DNA of 64,000 bases from Candidatus Fervidifonticultor sextus (GTDB lineage: Bacteria; Sysuimicrobiota; Sysuimicrobiia; Sysuimicrobiales; Humicultoraceae): positions 53,181-117,180 of the forward strand of contig JAVKHQ010000005.1 of NCBI GenBank assembly GCA_031459875.1. Direction: 5' to 3'. The notes below the pieces were generated by a model, which was given only the letters and a program-made list of their open reading frames with translations, was not told the origin of the DNA and did no database searches. This document shows, one piece after another, positions 8,720 to 18,950 of the stretch. Position numbers and translations under genes: made by a program. Within the stretch, counting starts at the first letter, position 1, and each line of letters begins with the position of its first letter.

Positions 8720-10078
8720 ATGCTCCGCCTCTCGCTCACGGACAGGCGGGTTACCGCAGAAGGGCGGCCGCTGGCCCTCAGCCCGGCGTTTTTCCAACTG
8801 TACTGCCTGCTGGCCTACGAGCGCGCCTCCGGCCGTGATCGGTTCGTCACCGTCCGCGACGTCCGGCGCCTCTCCCGGTGGGGACGAGCCACCCCCGACA
8901 GCATCGGGAAGAGCATTCACCGCCACGTCCGCCGGGCGCAGCGCGCCGGATGGGACCTCATCGAGTCTCCGCCCAGGGCAGCGACGAAGTTGTTTCGGCT
9001 GAAGGACGCCCATGTCGTATTCGATACGCCGCTGTCCGCCGTCGAGAGTTTCCTCGGCCTCGATCTCGCCGTCACGACTCCATCGTACCCGTGGCCCGGC
9101 GGGCGATCGCCGGCCGTCGATAGGATGTTCAGGTTCTTGTGGGCGATGGTGCGGGCACGGATGGAGCTGGAGCGCGGCGACTTAGTCAGAGCCCGGTCCA
9201 TGATCGAGGAGGCCGAACGGGTAGAAGGACAGCGCCCCAGAGACCGCATCCTGCTCCTCCTGCTGACCTCCAGCATCCTGGAGCACGAAGGGCGGTTCGA
9301 CGAAGCGCTGGCGAAGGCGCAGGATGCCCTGGCAATGTGCCGCGCTCACGGCGGCGATTACCTGACGCTGGCCCGCGCCTGCATCCGGGTGGGGTTCCTG
9401 GGCGCAATGCTGCGGCAGCCGCACCGCTACGGGGAAGCCCGCGACCTGTACCTGGAAGCCCAGAGGCTCATCGAGGGTTCCCAGCACCTGATCGAGCTCT
9501 CGCAGATCGCCACGGGGCTCGGACATCTGGCTCGGAGGGCACACGATCTGGATGATGCGCTGGCCTACTTCATCCGCGCCCTCGAGTACGCCGCGGCGGA
9601 GGCCTGGGGGTGGGGCATTCAGGCAGGTCTGTTCAATCTGGGCCTGGTCCAGGCGGAGCGCGGTGACAGCCTGCAAGACCAGCGCGCCCGCCAGGCCGCC
9701 TACCTGGAGGCCCGCGCCTGGTTGGAGCGAGCGGTGGAGTTTGTGGACCGGACCGGCATCGGCCGGTATTCCAGCGAAGGGCTGTCGGTGATGGCCCACG
9801 TCCTGCTGCGCCTGGGCCGAGGTAGAGCGGCCGTCGTCTGGGCCAGAGCGGCCCTGGATCGCGCACGGGCGGTGCAGAACAGGAAGAGCCGGGCCGTGGC
9901 ACTGGAAACCCTCGGAGAGGCCCTCTGCGCCATTGGTGACCGGGCAGAGGGAATCAGGGCGCTGCGGGAAGCATACTCCGAGTATGGGGCCATGGGCTTC
10001 GAGCCCGATGCCCGGCGCGTCCTGCACCTGATCGCTGAAGCCAGGAGCCGCCGGCGGGGCGGCAAGCCCCGACCGTGA
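8720..10078 (+). CDS. TPR-repeat protein with putative N-terminal winged-helix DNA-binding domain
   Basis: [15 protein letters not shown] wHTH-like start followed by multiple TPR-like helical repeats. Confidence 0.7.
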   Translation: MLRLSLTDRRVTAEGRPLALSPAFFQLYCLLAYERASGRDRFVTVRDVRRLSRWGRATPDSIGKSIHRHVRRAQRAGWDLIESPPRAATKLFRLKDAHVVFDTPLSAVESFLGLDLAVTTPSYPWPGGRSPAVDRMFRFLWAMVRARMELERGDLVRARSMIEEAERVEGQRPRDRILLLLLTSSILEHEGRFDEALAKAQDALAMCRAHGGDYLTLARACIRVGFLGAMLRQPHRYGEARDLYLEAQRLIEGSQHLIELSQIATGLGHLARRAHDLDDALAYFIRALEYAAAEAWGWGIQAGLFNLGLVQAERGDSLQDQRARQAAYLEARAWLERAVEFVDRTGIGRYSSEGLSVMAHVLLRLGRGRAAVVWARAALDRARAVQNRKSRAVALETLGEALCAIGDRAEGIRALREAYSEYGAMGFEPDARRVLHLIAEARSRRRGGKPRP

Positions 10079-10103
10079 CGGTTACAGGCGGACAGGGGAT
10101 GGC

Positions 10104-10688
10104 ATGAGCGGCACCGGCGGGAACATCGAGGTTATCTGCGGGAGTATGTTCAGCGGGAAGACTGAGGAGTTGATCCGTCGGGTGCGGCGCGCCCAGATCG
10201 CCCGGCAGCGGGTTCAGGTGTTCAAGCACGCGCTGGACGACCGCTACGCGGTCGGGGCGATCACCTCCCATGACGGCGGGCGCATCGAGGCGGTGCCGGT
10301 CACCACCAGCGCGGAGATCCTGGCGCAGGTGCATTCTGAGACCGGCGTGGTGGCCGTCGACGAGGTCCAGTTCCTCGACGACGGCATCCGCCAGGTGGCC
10401 CAGACCCTCGCCGCCCGCGGCGTCCGCGTGATCCTGGCCGGTCTGGATGTGGACTTTCGCGGCGAACCGTTCGGTCCGATGGGGTATCTGCTGGCGGTCG
10501 CCGAGGAGGTCACCAAACTGCAGGCCATCTGCATGATCTGCGGAGCGCCGGCCACCCGGACACAGCGCCTGGTGGACGGCCGGCCCGCGCACTACACCGA
10601 CCCGGTGATCTTCATCGGCGCCGGCGAAGCCTACCAGGCCCGCTGCCGGCGCTGCCACGAGGTGCCGGGCCGGCCGGGCGAACCCTGA
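10104..10688 (+). CDS. tdk: Thymidine kinase
   Basis: [33 protein letters not shown], CxxC zinc motifs. Confidence 0.97.
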   Translation: MSGTGGNIEVICGSMFSGKTEELIRRVRRAQIARQRVQVFKHALDDRYAVGAITSHDGGRIEAVPVTTSAEILAQVHSETGVVAVDEVQFLDDGIRQVAQTLAARGVRVILAGLDVDFRGEPFGPMGYLLAVAEEVTKLQAICMICGAPATRTQRLVDGRPAHYTDPVIFIGAGEAYQARCRRCHEVPGRPGEP

Positions 10689-10744
10689 CTGTGCGGGTTC
10701 GCGGGCGGCTGGGGTCCCGTACTATAATCGGGACGGTGAACTCG

Positions 10745-11824
10745 ATGGATGCCAGACTCAAGGCCCGCCTGGAGGCGCTGGAGGCCCGCTACGAGGCCCT
10801 GGCGGCCCAGATGGCCGACCCGGCGGTGCTGGCGGATCAGGCCCGCTACCAGGAGGCGGCGCGGGAGTACGCCGAACTGGAGGGGACGGTGACGCGTTTC
10901 CGCGCGTACCGCGAAGCCAGCCGCCAGGCCGCCGAGGCCGAGGCGATGGCGCGGGAGGAGGCCGACCCCGACCTCCGCGAAATGGCGAGGGGTGAGGTCG
11001 CCCGGCTGGCGGAACGGCTCGCCGGCCTGGAGGCCGACCTCCAGCGCCGGCTGCTGCCGCCTGACCCCCTCGACGAGCGCCACATCATCGTCGAAATCCG
11101 GGCCGGGACCGGCGGCGACGAGGCCGCGCTCTTTGCCGGGGACCTGCTCCGCATGTACACGCGCTACGCCGAGCGCCACCGCTGGAAGTCCGAGGTGCTC
11201 TCGGCGAGCCCGACCGGCATCGGGGGGTTCAAGGAGGTCGTCGTGGCCATCGCCGGCCGGGGCGCCTACAGCCGGCTGAAGTACGAGAGCGGCGTCCACC
11301 GCGTCCAGCGGGTCCCGGTGACCGAGTCGTCCGGCCGCATCCACACCTCCACGGCGACCGTGGCGGTCCTGCCCGAGGCTGAGGAAGTGGACGTCGTCGT
11401 CCGGCCCGAGGACCTGGAGATCGAGACCTACCGGGCCGGGGGGGCCGGGGGCCAGAACGTCAACAAGGTCGAGACGGCGGTCCGCATCAGGCACCGGCCC
11501 ACCGGTCTGGTCGTGACCTGTCAGGACGAGCGCTCGCAGTTCCAGAACCGCGAGAAGGCCATGCGCATCCTGCGGGCGCACCTGCTGGAGCGGGCCGAGC
11601 GCGAGCAGGCCGAGGCGATCGCGAGGCAGCGCCGCCAGCAGGTGGGCACGGCGGAGCGCAGCGAGAAGATCCGGACCTACAACTTTCCCCAGAACCGGGT
11701 CACCGACCACCGCATCGGTCTCAGTCTCCACCGGCTCGAGACTGTGCTGGACGGCGACCTCGACGAGTTGATCGAGGCCCTCACCGCCGCCGATCGGGCC
11801 GCCCAGCTCGCCGCGGTGGACTGA
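10745..11824 (+). CDS. prfA: Peptide chain release factor 1
   Basis: [15 protein letters not shown] (PxT), GGQ, RTYNFPQ. Confidence 0.97.
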   Translation: MDARLKARLEALEARYEALAAQMADPAVLADQARYQEAAREYAELEGTVTRFRAYREASRQAAEAEAMAREEADPDLREMARGEVARLAERLAGLEADLQRRLLPPDPLDERHIIVEIRAGTGGDEAALFAGDLLRMYTRYAERHRWKSEVLSASPTGIGGFKEVVVAIAGRGAYSRLKYESGVHRVQRVPVTESSGRIHTSTATVAVLPEAEEVDVVVRPEDLEIETYRAGGAGGQNVNKVETAVRIRHRPTGLVVTCQDERSQFQNREKAMRILRAHLLERAEREQAEAIARQRRQQVGTAERSEKIRTYNFPQNRVTDHRIGLSLHRLETVLDGDLDELIEALTAADRAAQLAAVD

Positions 11825-11848
11825 TCCCCCGGGAACCTGACTGCCGCC

Positions 11849-12706
11849 GTGAGGACCGTCGCCGAGGCCTGGATGGCCGGCCGCGAGCACCTGGCCGCAT
11901 TGGGCGTGGAGGAGGCCGCGATCACCGCGGAAGTCCTGCTCCGGCACGCCCTGGGCTGGACCCGCACCGAACTCTATCTGGCCTGGCACCGCCCCCTCGA
12001 CGAGGCGGCCTGGACGCGCTTCCAGGCCCTCCTGGACGCCCGGGCGGCAGGACGGCCGGTGGCATATATCGTCGGCCGGCGGGAGTTCATGGCACTGGAC
12101 TTTCTGGTGGATGAACGGGTCCTCATCCCCAGGCCCGAAACCGAGGTGCTGGTGGAGGCGGCGCTGGAGGCGGTCCGCGACGTCCCGGCACCGGCCATCG
12201 CCGACATCGGCACCGGCAGCGGCGCTATCGCCGTGAGCCTGGCGGTCCTGCGTCCGGACGCCGCCATCGTCGCCACGGACCTCTCCCAGGATGCCCTGGA
12301 GGTGGCCCGGACCAACGCCGACCGGCACGGCGTGGCCGACCGGATCCGCTTCCTCCAGGGCGACCTGTTAGCCCCGGTCGCCGCCGCCGGCATGCGCCTG
12401 GACCTGGTGGCCTGCAACCCCCCCTACGTCTCCCCTGAGGCGGCGGGGGGGCTGCCCAGGGAGATCCGGGAGTTCGAGCCGGCCGTCGCGGTGGTGGCTC
12501 CCGGGGACCCCCTGGACCTCCACCGCCGGCTGGTCACCACGGCGCCCGGGGTCCTGCGGCCACGAGGCTGGCTGGTGGTGGAGGTCGGAGCAGGCCAGGC
12601 CCCGCGTGTGGTCGAACTGTTCAATCAGGCGGGCGCCTACGAGGCTCCAGTCACAAGACGGGATGGCCTCGGGTGGGATCGGGTCGTGGCCGCGCGCATC
12701 CGGTGA
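11849..12706 (+). CDS. prmC: Release factor glutamine methyltransferase
   Basis: VLIPRPETE, DIGTGSG, NPPY; follows prfA. Confidence 0.96.
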   Translation: MRTVAEAWMAGREHLAALGVEEAAITAEVLLRHALGWTRTELYLAWHRPLDEAAWTRFQALLDARAAGRPVAYIVGRREFMALDFLVDERVLIPRPETEVLVEAALEAVRDVPAPAIADIGTGSGAIAVSLAVLRPDAAIVATDLSQDALEVARTNADRHGVADRIRFLQGDLLAPVAAAGMRLDLVACNPPYVSPEAAGGLPREIREFEPAVAVVAPGDPLDLHRRLVTTAPGVLRPRGWLVVEVGAGQAPRVVELFNQAGAYEAPVTRRDGLGWDRVVAARIR

Positions 12707-12709
12707 GCC

Positions 12710-13207
12710 ATGAATGAGAAAGGCCGACCGGCGAACTACTACGCGCTCACCTTCCAGCCGGCGGTGGATCGATCTCAGGAGCCCATCGTGATCCTCCGAG
12801 TGGATCCGCGCGATGATGCCGTGCCGCGCAGGGCGGTGGAGGTGCTCCGCGCAGGCGGGCTGATCGTCTTTCCCGCCGACGACGGCTACCTGGTCGGGTG
12901 CTCGGCGCTGGATCCTGAAGCGGTCCAACGGCTGTGCGAGGTCACCGGTGTCAGGCGCGAGGCCCTCACCTATTTCGCCGGCTCGCCGGAGCACGCCGCC
13001 CGCCTGGACGCGCCGACCCGCCCGCTCCACCATCCCGTACCGCTGGCGCTGATGCGCGCCACCGGAGTGCCGCTGGCGGCGACGCCCTGCCGGCCCGATG
13101 GGCCACCGGCGCCGTCGGCCCAGCACGCCGTCTTCATCCTGGGGGACGCCGCGGATCTGGTTTTGGACGCCGGACCGATCCGGCAGCCGGCTCCCGCAGG
13201 CAGGTAA
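12710..13207 (+). CDS. Degenerate Sua5/YrdC (TsaC)-like protein
   Basis: AVEVLRAGGLIVFP..YLVGC..AVQRL and DLVLDAG; syntenic after prmC, but short and lacking SxN. Confidence 0.65.
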   Translation: MNEKGRPANYYALTFQPAVDRSQEPIVILRVDPRDDAVPRRAVEVLRAGGLIVFPADDGYLVGCSALDPEAVQRLCEVTGVRREALTYFAGSPEHAARLDAPTRPLHHPVPLALMRATGVPLAATPCRPDGPPAPSAQHAVFILGDAADLVLDAGPIRQPAPAGR

Positions 13208-13211
13208 GACC

Positions 13212-13667
13212 GTGCGCATCGTGATCGGAGGTGACCACGCGGGGGTGCTCCTCAAGGCGGAGATCGCGCGCCTGCTGCTGGAACTGGGTCACGAGGTGCG
13301 AGATCTGGGTACCAACACCGTGCAGCCGGTGGACTACCCCGACTACTGCATCCCGGTGGCCGAGGCGGTCGCGCGCGGGGAGGCCGATCGGGGCATCATC
13401 TTCGGCGGGACGGGCAACGGCGAGGCCATGGCGGCCAACAAGGTGATGGGGATTCGATGCGCCGTCTGCCACGATGTCACCACGGCGCGCCTGGCGCGAT
13501 CCCACAACGACGCCAACATGCTCGCGCTGGGCGCCCGGATCGTGGGGACCGAGGTCGCCAAGGAGATCGTCCGGACGTTCCTGGCAACCCCGTTTGAAGG
13601 GGGACGGCACATCCCGAGGATCGAGAAGATTCACAGGTACGAGCGGGAGCGCAGGCTCCCGCCGTAG
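13212..13667 (+). CDS. rpiB: Ribose-5-phosphate isomerase B family
   Basis: IGGDHAG, VDYPD, GTGNGE, ANKV.GIR, HNDAN, FEGGRH. Confidence 0.92.
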   Translation: MRIVIGGDHAGVLLKAEIARLLLELGHEVRDLGTNTVQPVDYPDYCIPVAEAVARGEADRGIIFGGTGNGEAMAANKVMGIRCAVCHDVTTARLARSHNDANMLALGARIVGTEVAKEIVRTFLATPFEGGRHIPRIEKIHRYERERRLPP

Positions 13668-13706
13668 CACGACGAGGCCGGCATACTTCAGGGGAGGTGA
13701 CAGGGG

Positions 13707-14120
13707 ATGCCTGATACGGTCCGTCTGGTGGACTACTACTATGTCACAGTGCCCGACAAGCCGGGCGAGGGAGCGCGCGCCCTCAGTTATCTCAAGGAGG
13801 CCGGCGTGAACCTCATGACCCTGCATGCCTTTCCCAGCGGCCGCCGGGCGCAGGTGGACTTCGTGCCTTCGGACGCGGCCGCGTTTCGCACCGCGGCGCG
13901 GAAGGCGGGGTGGAAGCTCGTGGGCCCGAAGAAGGCGTTCCTGATCGAGGGCGAAGACCGGGTCGGTGCCCTGGTGGACTACTTCACGAAGCTGGGCGAG
14001 GCGAAGATCAACGTCACCGCCTCCACTGCCATCGCCGCCGGCATGGGCCGGTTCGGCGCCATCCTCTGGGTGAAGGCGCGCGACGTCAAGCGGGCGGCCA
14101 AGGCCCTGGGCGTCGGGTAG
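13707..14120 (+). CDS. Tandem ACT-domain protein
   Basis: VPDKPGEGA..L.EAGVN and EDRVGAL..KLGEAKIN. Confidence 0.75.
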   Translation: MPDTVRLVDYYYVTVPDKPGEGARALSYLKEAGVNLMTLHAFPSGRRAQVDFVPSDAAAFRTAARKAGWKLVGPKKAFLIEGEDRVGALVDYFTKLGEAKINVTASTAIAAGMGRFGAILWVKARDVKRAAKALGVG

Positions 14121-14141
14121 GCTCCACCGGCAACAGGAGTG

Positions 14142-14172
14142 CAGACCGGGCCGGGATTCCCGGCCCGGTCTG
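14142..14172. terminator. Perfect 14-bp hairpin between convergent ACT and glyA genes
   Basis: cagaccgggccggg-att-cccggcccggtctg. Confidence 0.7.
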
Positions 14173-14186
14173 TTGGACTGGTATCC

Positions 14187-15515
14187 TCACGCGATCCCCG
14201 GGACCGGGAACCGGCGACACCACGCCCGGACCTCCTCCCGGACCGCCGCCAGACGGGCGTTGGCCCGGAGGGCGGTGCGGAACGTCCTCAGCACCTGACT
14301 CCGCGCCTCGCGGTCCTCCGGCAACTGGTATTCGCGGATCTCGTCGTGCACCAGGGCCATCCACTGCGCCAGTTGGATCATCTCGGGTTCGCGCATGCCG
14401 CGGGTGGTGGCTGCCGGCGTCCCCAGGCGGATGCCTGAGGGGTAGAAGGCCGAGGATGGTTCGCCCGGGACGGTGTTCTTGTTGACCGTGATCCCCACGG
14501 CGTCGAGGGCCTCCTGCATGAAGACGCCCCGGCCGATCCCGCCGGGTCGGAGGTCGACGAGCAGCATGTGGTTGTCGGTGCCGCCTGTCACCAGTGTAAA
14601 CCCTCGTTCCGCAAGCGCCGCCGCCAGCGCCCTGGCGTTGGCCACGATCTGCGCCGCGTAGGCTGCGAACTCCGGCTTCATCGCTTCTCCCAGACACACG
14701 GCGATCGCCGCTGTGGTGTGGTCGTGGGGCCCCCCCTGCAGGCCGGGGAAGACGGCGCGGTCGATCTTCTCGGCCAGGTCGGGATCCTTGGCCAGGCCGC
14801 GGTCGGTGACCAGGATCATGGCGCCCCTGGGCCCCCGCAGCGTCTTGTGGGTCGTGGTGGTGATGATGTGGGCGTGCGGGGTCGGGCTGGGGTGGACGCC
14901 GCCGGCGACCAGGCCGGCGATATGGGCGATGTCCGCGGCGAAGTAGGCGCCCACCTCATCGGCCACGGCGGCGAACTCGGCAAACGGAAATTCGCGCACA
15001 TAGGCGGTGGCCCCGCACCAGATCAGCCGGGGCCGGTGCTCCCGCGCCAGACGCCGGACCTCGTCCAGATCGATGTACCCGTCGGCCCGGACGTGGTAGG
15101 GGACGCTCCGGTAGTAGGTGCCAGTGGCGCTGACCTTCCAACCGTGGGTCAGGTGTCCGCCGTCGGGCAGGTTCTGGCCCATGACGACGTCCCCGGGCTG
15201 GCAGGTGGCCAGGTAGACGGCCAGGTTGGCCGGGCTGCCGGAGTAGGGCTGGACGTTGGCGTGCGGCACGCCGAACAGCGCCCGGGCGCGCTGCTGCGCC
15301 AGGCGCTCGACCTCGTCGACGACCTCGTTGCCCCCGTAGTAGCGCCGCCCGGGATACCCCTCAGAATACTTGTTGGTGAGCACGCTGCCCATCGCCTCGA
15401 GCACCGCGGCCGAGACGTAGTTCTCGGAGGGGATCAGTTCAACCCCGTCCCGCTGCCGGGCCCGCTCGCGCTCGAGCATGGCATACAGCTCTGGATCGTG
15501 GGTCTGAAGCACCAT
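14187..15515 (-). CDS. glyA: Serine hydroxymethyltransferase
   Basis: [41 protein letters not shown]. Confidence 0.97.
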   Translation of the reverse strand: MVLQTHDPELYAMLERERARQRDGVELIPSENYVSAAVLEAMGSVLTNKYSEGYPGRRYYGGNEVVDEVERLAQQRARALFGVPHANVQPYSGSPANLAVYLATCQPGDVVMGQNLPDGGHLTHGWKVSATGTYYRSVPYHVRADGYIDLDEVRRLAREHRPRLIWCGATAYVREFPFAEFAAVADEVGAYFAADIAHIAGLVAGGVHPSPTPHAHIITTTTHKTLRGPRGAMILVTDRGLAKDPDLAEKIDRAVFPGLQGGPHDHTTAAIAVCLGEAMKPEFAAYAAQIVANARALAAALAERGFTLVTGGTDNHMLLVDLRPGGIGRGVFMQEALDAVGITVNKNTVPGEPSSAFYPSGIRLGTPAATTRGMREPEMIQLAQWMALVHDEIREYQLPEDREARSQVLRTFRTALRANARLAAVREEVRAWCRRFPVPGIA

Positions 15516-15695
15516 CAGGACGCCTCCCGAACGCCGGGATCACCGGACCAGGCCTTCTTTCGGTGCGCAAAGACCGTCTGCCTCCAAAGGCTCATGGTGC
15601 CGCAACAGAAGGGCGGAGGCGACCGCGGGGGAGGAGGGGTGCGTTGCGGCCGCAGCGAAGCCGGTACCATCCCCTCCCGCGCAGGAGGTACCGGC

Positions 15696-16325
15696 ATGCC
15701 CACCGTGCACATCTTCGACCACCCGCTGATCCGGCACAAGCTCACGATCCTCCGGGACAAGCGCACCGGCCACAAGGAGTTCCGCGAACTGACCGAGGAA
15801 CTGGCGATGCTCATGGCCTTTGAGGTGACCCGCGCCCACCCGGTGCGGGAGGTGGAGGTGGAGACGCCGCTGGCGAAGACCACGGGCTGGACCATCGCCG
15901 GCCAGGAGATCGCCGCCATCCCGATCCTGCGGGCCGGGCTCGTCATGGAGTCCGCCATCACCCGGCTGATTCCCACCGCGCGGGTCGGCCACATCGGCAT
16001 CTACCGGGAGCACGACACCCTCCAACCGGTCCAGTACTACGCCAAGCTCCCGCCCGACATCGCCGAGCGGGAGGCCATGATCCTGGACCCGATGCTGGCC
16101 ACCGGCGGCTCCATCGTGGCCGCCATCGACATCCTCAAGCATAGCGGCTGCCGGACGATCAAGGTCATGGCCATCATCTCCGCCCCGGAGGGGATCAAGA
16201 AAGTCCACGACGCGCATCCTGATGTGGACATCTACACGGCGGCGGTGGACAGCCACCTGAACGAGAAGGGCTACATCGTCCCGGGGCTGGGTGACGCCGG
16301 CGACCGGCTCTTCGGGACGAAGTAG
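15696..16325 (+). CDS. upp: Uracil phosphoribosyltransferase
   Basis: [41 protein letters not shown]. Confidence 0.97.
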   Translation: MPTVHIFDHPLIRHKLTILRDKRTGHKEFRELTEELAMLMAFEVTRAHPVREVEVETPLAKTTGWTIAGQEIAAIPILRAGLVMESAITRLIPTARVGHIGIYREHDTLQPVQYYAKLPPDIAEREAMILDPMLATGGSIVAAIDILKHSGCRTIKVMAIISAPEGIKKVHDAHPDVDIYTAAVDSHLNEKGYIVPGLGDAGDRLFGTK

Positions 16326-16358
16326 CCTCAGTCCACCGTCAGCCGAGGTCGTCGCGGG

Positions 16359-17162
16359 ATGTCGGTCTGGGTCGGGACCTCCGGATACGCCTACGCGCAC
16401 TGGCGGGGAGTCCTCTATCCTGCAGACCTTCCGCCACGGCGCTGGCTGGCGCACTACGCGGCCGCGTTCGAGGCGGTCGAGTTGAACGTCACGTTCTACC
16501 GCCTGCCCCGGGCGTCCGCCTTCGAGGCCTGGCGCCAGGGGACGCCGGCCGGATTCCGGTTCGCGGTGAAGGGGAGCCGGTTCATCACCCACCTGAAGCG
16601 GCTGGGAGACGCAGGAGAGGCACTCGCGACGTTCTTCGAGCCGGTCCGACGGCTGGGGCCGAAGCTGGCAGCCGTACTCTGGCAGCTGCCCCCGCGGTTC
16701 CGGGCGGACCCCGACCGGCTCGACCGGTTCCTGAGCCAGGCCGCCCGGGCCGCCGGACGCGTCCGCCGCGCCGGGCCGGTCCGGCACGCGCTGGAGTTCC
16801 GCGACCGGTCGTGGTTCAATGAGGCTGTCTATGAGGTGCTCCGGCGCCACGATGCCGCGCTCGTGCTGGCCGACGCTCCATTCGAGGTGGTCACCGCGCC
16901 GCTGCGGGCGGCCCCCGGGGGGCGGCTCGACACTGTCAGGGTCCCGGTGGTGAGTTCGTGGATGTACCTGCGCCGCCACGGGTCGCGGGGGGACGGCCGC
17001 CTTTCCTACACGGAGGCAGAACTGCGCCGCGATGCCGAGGCCATCGCCGCCTGGGCGCGTCGAGGTGACGTCTTCGTCTTCTTCAACAACGACTATGCCG
17101 GGCACGCGGTCCGCAATGCCGCCACGCTCCAGCGGCTCGTCGGTGCCCTGATGGCGGGATGA
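16359..17162 (+). CDS. DUF72 family protein
   Basis: VGTSGY.Y.HW.G..YP, VELNVTFYRLP, VKGSRFITH, FFNND. Confidence 0.92.
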   Translation: MSVWVGTSGYAYAHWRGVLYPADLPPRRWLAHYAAAFEAVELNVTFYRLPRASAFEAWRQGTPAGFRFAVKGSRFITHLKRLGDAGEALATFFEPVRRLGPKLAAVLWQLPPRFRADPDRLDRFLSQAARAAGRVRRAGPVRHALEFRDRSWFNEAVYEVLRRHDAALVLADAPFEVVTAPLRAAPGGRLDTVRVPVVSSWMYLRRHGSRGDGRLSYTEAELRRDAEAIAAWARRGDVFVFFNNDYAGHAVRNAATLQRLVGALMAG

Positions 17163-18928
17163 ATGTTCCGCAGGCCGCCGTGGCCCTGATCTGCGTGGCG
17201 CTGGCGGTCGCCCTGGGGAGCCTTCCCACCGGCGCCGTCGTCGGCCGGCGCCTGCGCGGGGTGGACCTGCGGCGCCTCTCGCCCCACAACCTCGGACTGG
17301 GCACCGTGGCCGCCCTGGTCGGCGTCCCGGTCCTCGGGCTGGTGGTGGTCCTGGACCTCCTCAAGGGGATGCTGGCCGTCACGGTCGCCTGGGCGCTGGC
17401 GCCGTCGGCATGGACCCTGGCCGCCGCCTCCGCCGGCGCCATGGCGGGCCACGCGTGGGGGCCGTTTCGGTTCCTGGCGCCACCGGTGGCGGCGCGGCTC
17501 AAGGGCGTCGCCGTGGCCTCCGGCACCGTAGTGATGCTGGCCTGGCTGGGGCAGGTCCCGTGGACCTCGGTGGCGATCCCGGCGGCCGTCGGCGGCGGCA
17601 CGCTGGCGGCCCCCCGGGCGTTTGGCCCGCGGTGGGGCTACCTGTCGCTGGCGGCCGTGCTGGCTGCCGCCAGCCTGCCGGTGGCGCTCTGGGCGCTGCG
17701 CGCGCCGGTGCCCTACCTCGTCCTCGCGCTGGCCTACGCGGTCCTGACCCTCTGGAACCACAAAGAGCACCTGCTGCGCATCGCCGACGGCGTCGAGCCC
17801 CGCCTGGGCGAGCGCCTGCCGCTGCCGGGCCTGGACAGCGAGGCGGTCTGCGCGTTCCTCATCCACCCCATGACCGTGCGGGACTTCTGGGAAGCCCGAC
17901 GGTTCCGGTGGCTCGGGCCGCTGTACCGGCGCGGCCTGATCCCCGACCGGGTCGTGCGCCAGCTGGCGCGCCTTGCCCGCCCGATGAAGGTCGACGACTG
18001 GCACCCCATCATCACCGCCGACGGCCGTCGCGCCCGCGTCTACCTGATCGGCGCGCCGCTGCTGCCCGACATGATCCGCTCGGACCCGGCGCTGGCGGTC
18101 CGCCGGGCGGTCCAGGCCGCGCACCTGGCATCGAACCTGGGCGCGACCGTGCTGGGCCTGGGCGCCTTCTGGTCGGTCGTCGGCCACAAGGGCACCGATG
18201 TGCAGGCTCAGGCTCCGATCGCCATCACCAACGGCGGCGCCTATACCGCCGGGACTGTCAGGATGGCCATCCCGCTGGTCCTGGACCGGCTGCGCGGGCG
18301 GGGCGTCGAGGTCTCTCGCGCGGTCGCCGCGGTCGTGGGGGCCAACGGGGTCGTCGGCTTCGGCATCTGCCGGGCCGTGGCAGACCGCGTGGGCCGCCTC
18401 ATCATGATCGGGACGGATCAGGAGCGGCTGGAGCGGTCGAGGGAACTGTTGCTGCGCCGGTATCCCAAAACCACGATCGAGGCCACGACGGATCTCGTGC
18501 GGCTGCGCCAGGCCGACGTCATTTTCACGGCCACCTCCGATCCGCGGCCAGTCATCTTTGCCGACCACGTCCGGCCCGGGTGCCTGCTCTTCGACCTGGG
18601 CCGGCCTCCTGATGTGGACGAGTCGGTGCGGACCGTCCCCGGTGTCGAGGTCATCCCCGGAGGGGTCGTCCGGCTGCCCGGGGATCCTCGGGGACGCATC
18701 GAGGATCTGGGCTACGGCCCCGGGCTGGTGCCCGCCTGCCTGGCCGAGACCATCATCATCGCCCTGGACGGCTGCTTCGACCGCAGGAGCCTGGGCGACC
18801 GCACGCGCAGCGAGGACGTGGACTTCTTTGTCAGTCGCGCCAGCGACCTGGGGTTTCAGGTGCTGACCGCGCTTCCTCCGGCGGTCCGTCCAGGAGTCCC
18901 GTCCCCAGGAGTGGAACCCCATCCCTGA
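17159..18928 (+). CDS. PlsY-like membrane acyltransferase fused to an acyl-ACP-reductase-like Rossmann domain
   Basis: N-part LGSLP.G, DLLKG, GH, KGVA, H..H..RI..G.E; C-part AFLIHP, GLGAFWSVVG, VVGANGVVG, ACLAET. Confidence 0.8.
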   Translation: MNVPQAAVALICVALAVALGSLPTGAVVGRRLRGVDLRRLSPHNLGLGTVAALVGVPVLGLVVVLDLLKGMLAVTVAWALAPSAWTLAAASAGAMAGHAWGPFRFLAPPVAARLKGVAVASGTVVMLAWLGQVPWTSVAIPAAVGGGTLAAPRAFGPRWGYLSLAAVLAAASLPVALWALRAPVPYLVLALAYAVLTLWNHKEHLLRIADGVEPRLGERLPLPGLDSEAVCAFLIHPMTVRDFWEARRFRWLGPLYRRGLIPDRVVRQLARLARPMKVDDWHPIITADGRRARVYLIGAPLLPDMIRSDPALAVRRAVQAAHLASNLGATVLGLGAFWSVVGHKGTDVQAQAPIAITNGGAYTAGTVRMAIPLVLDRLRGRGVEVSRAVAAVVGANGVVGFGICRAVADRVGRLIMIGTDQERLERSRELLLRRYPKTTIEATTDLVRLRQADVIFTATSDPRPVIFADHVRPGCLLFDLGRPPDVDESVRTVPGVEVIPGGVVRLPGDPRGRIEDLGYGPGLVPACLAETIIIALDGCFDRRSLGDRTRSEDVDFFVSRASDLGFQVLTALPPAVRPGVPSPGVEPHP

Positions 18929-18950
18929 GGCACTACCCCAGGAGAGGCCC

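Noticed and set aside
15516..15660. Possible glycine, ZTP or THF riboswitch upstream of glyA
   Set aside because: Only a caccgaa fragment; the other conserved elements could not be found
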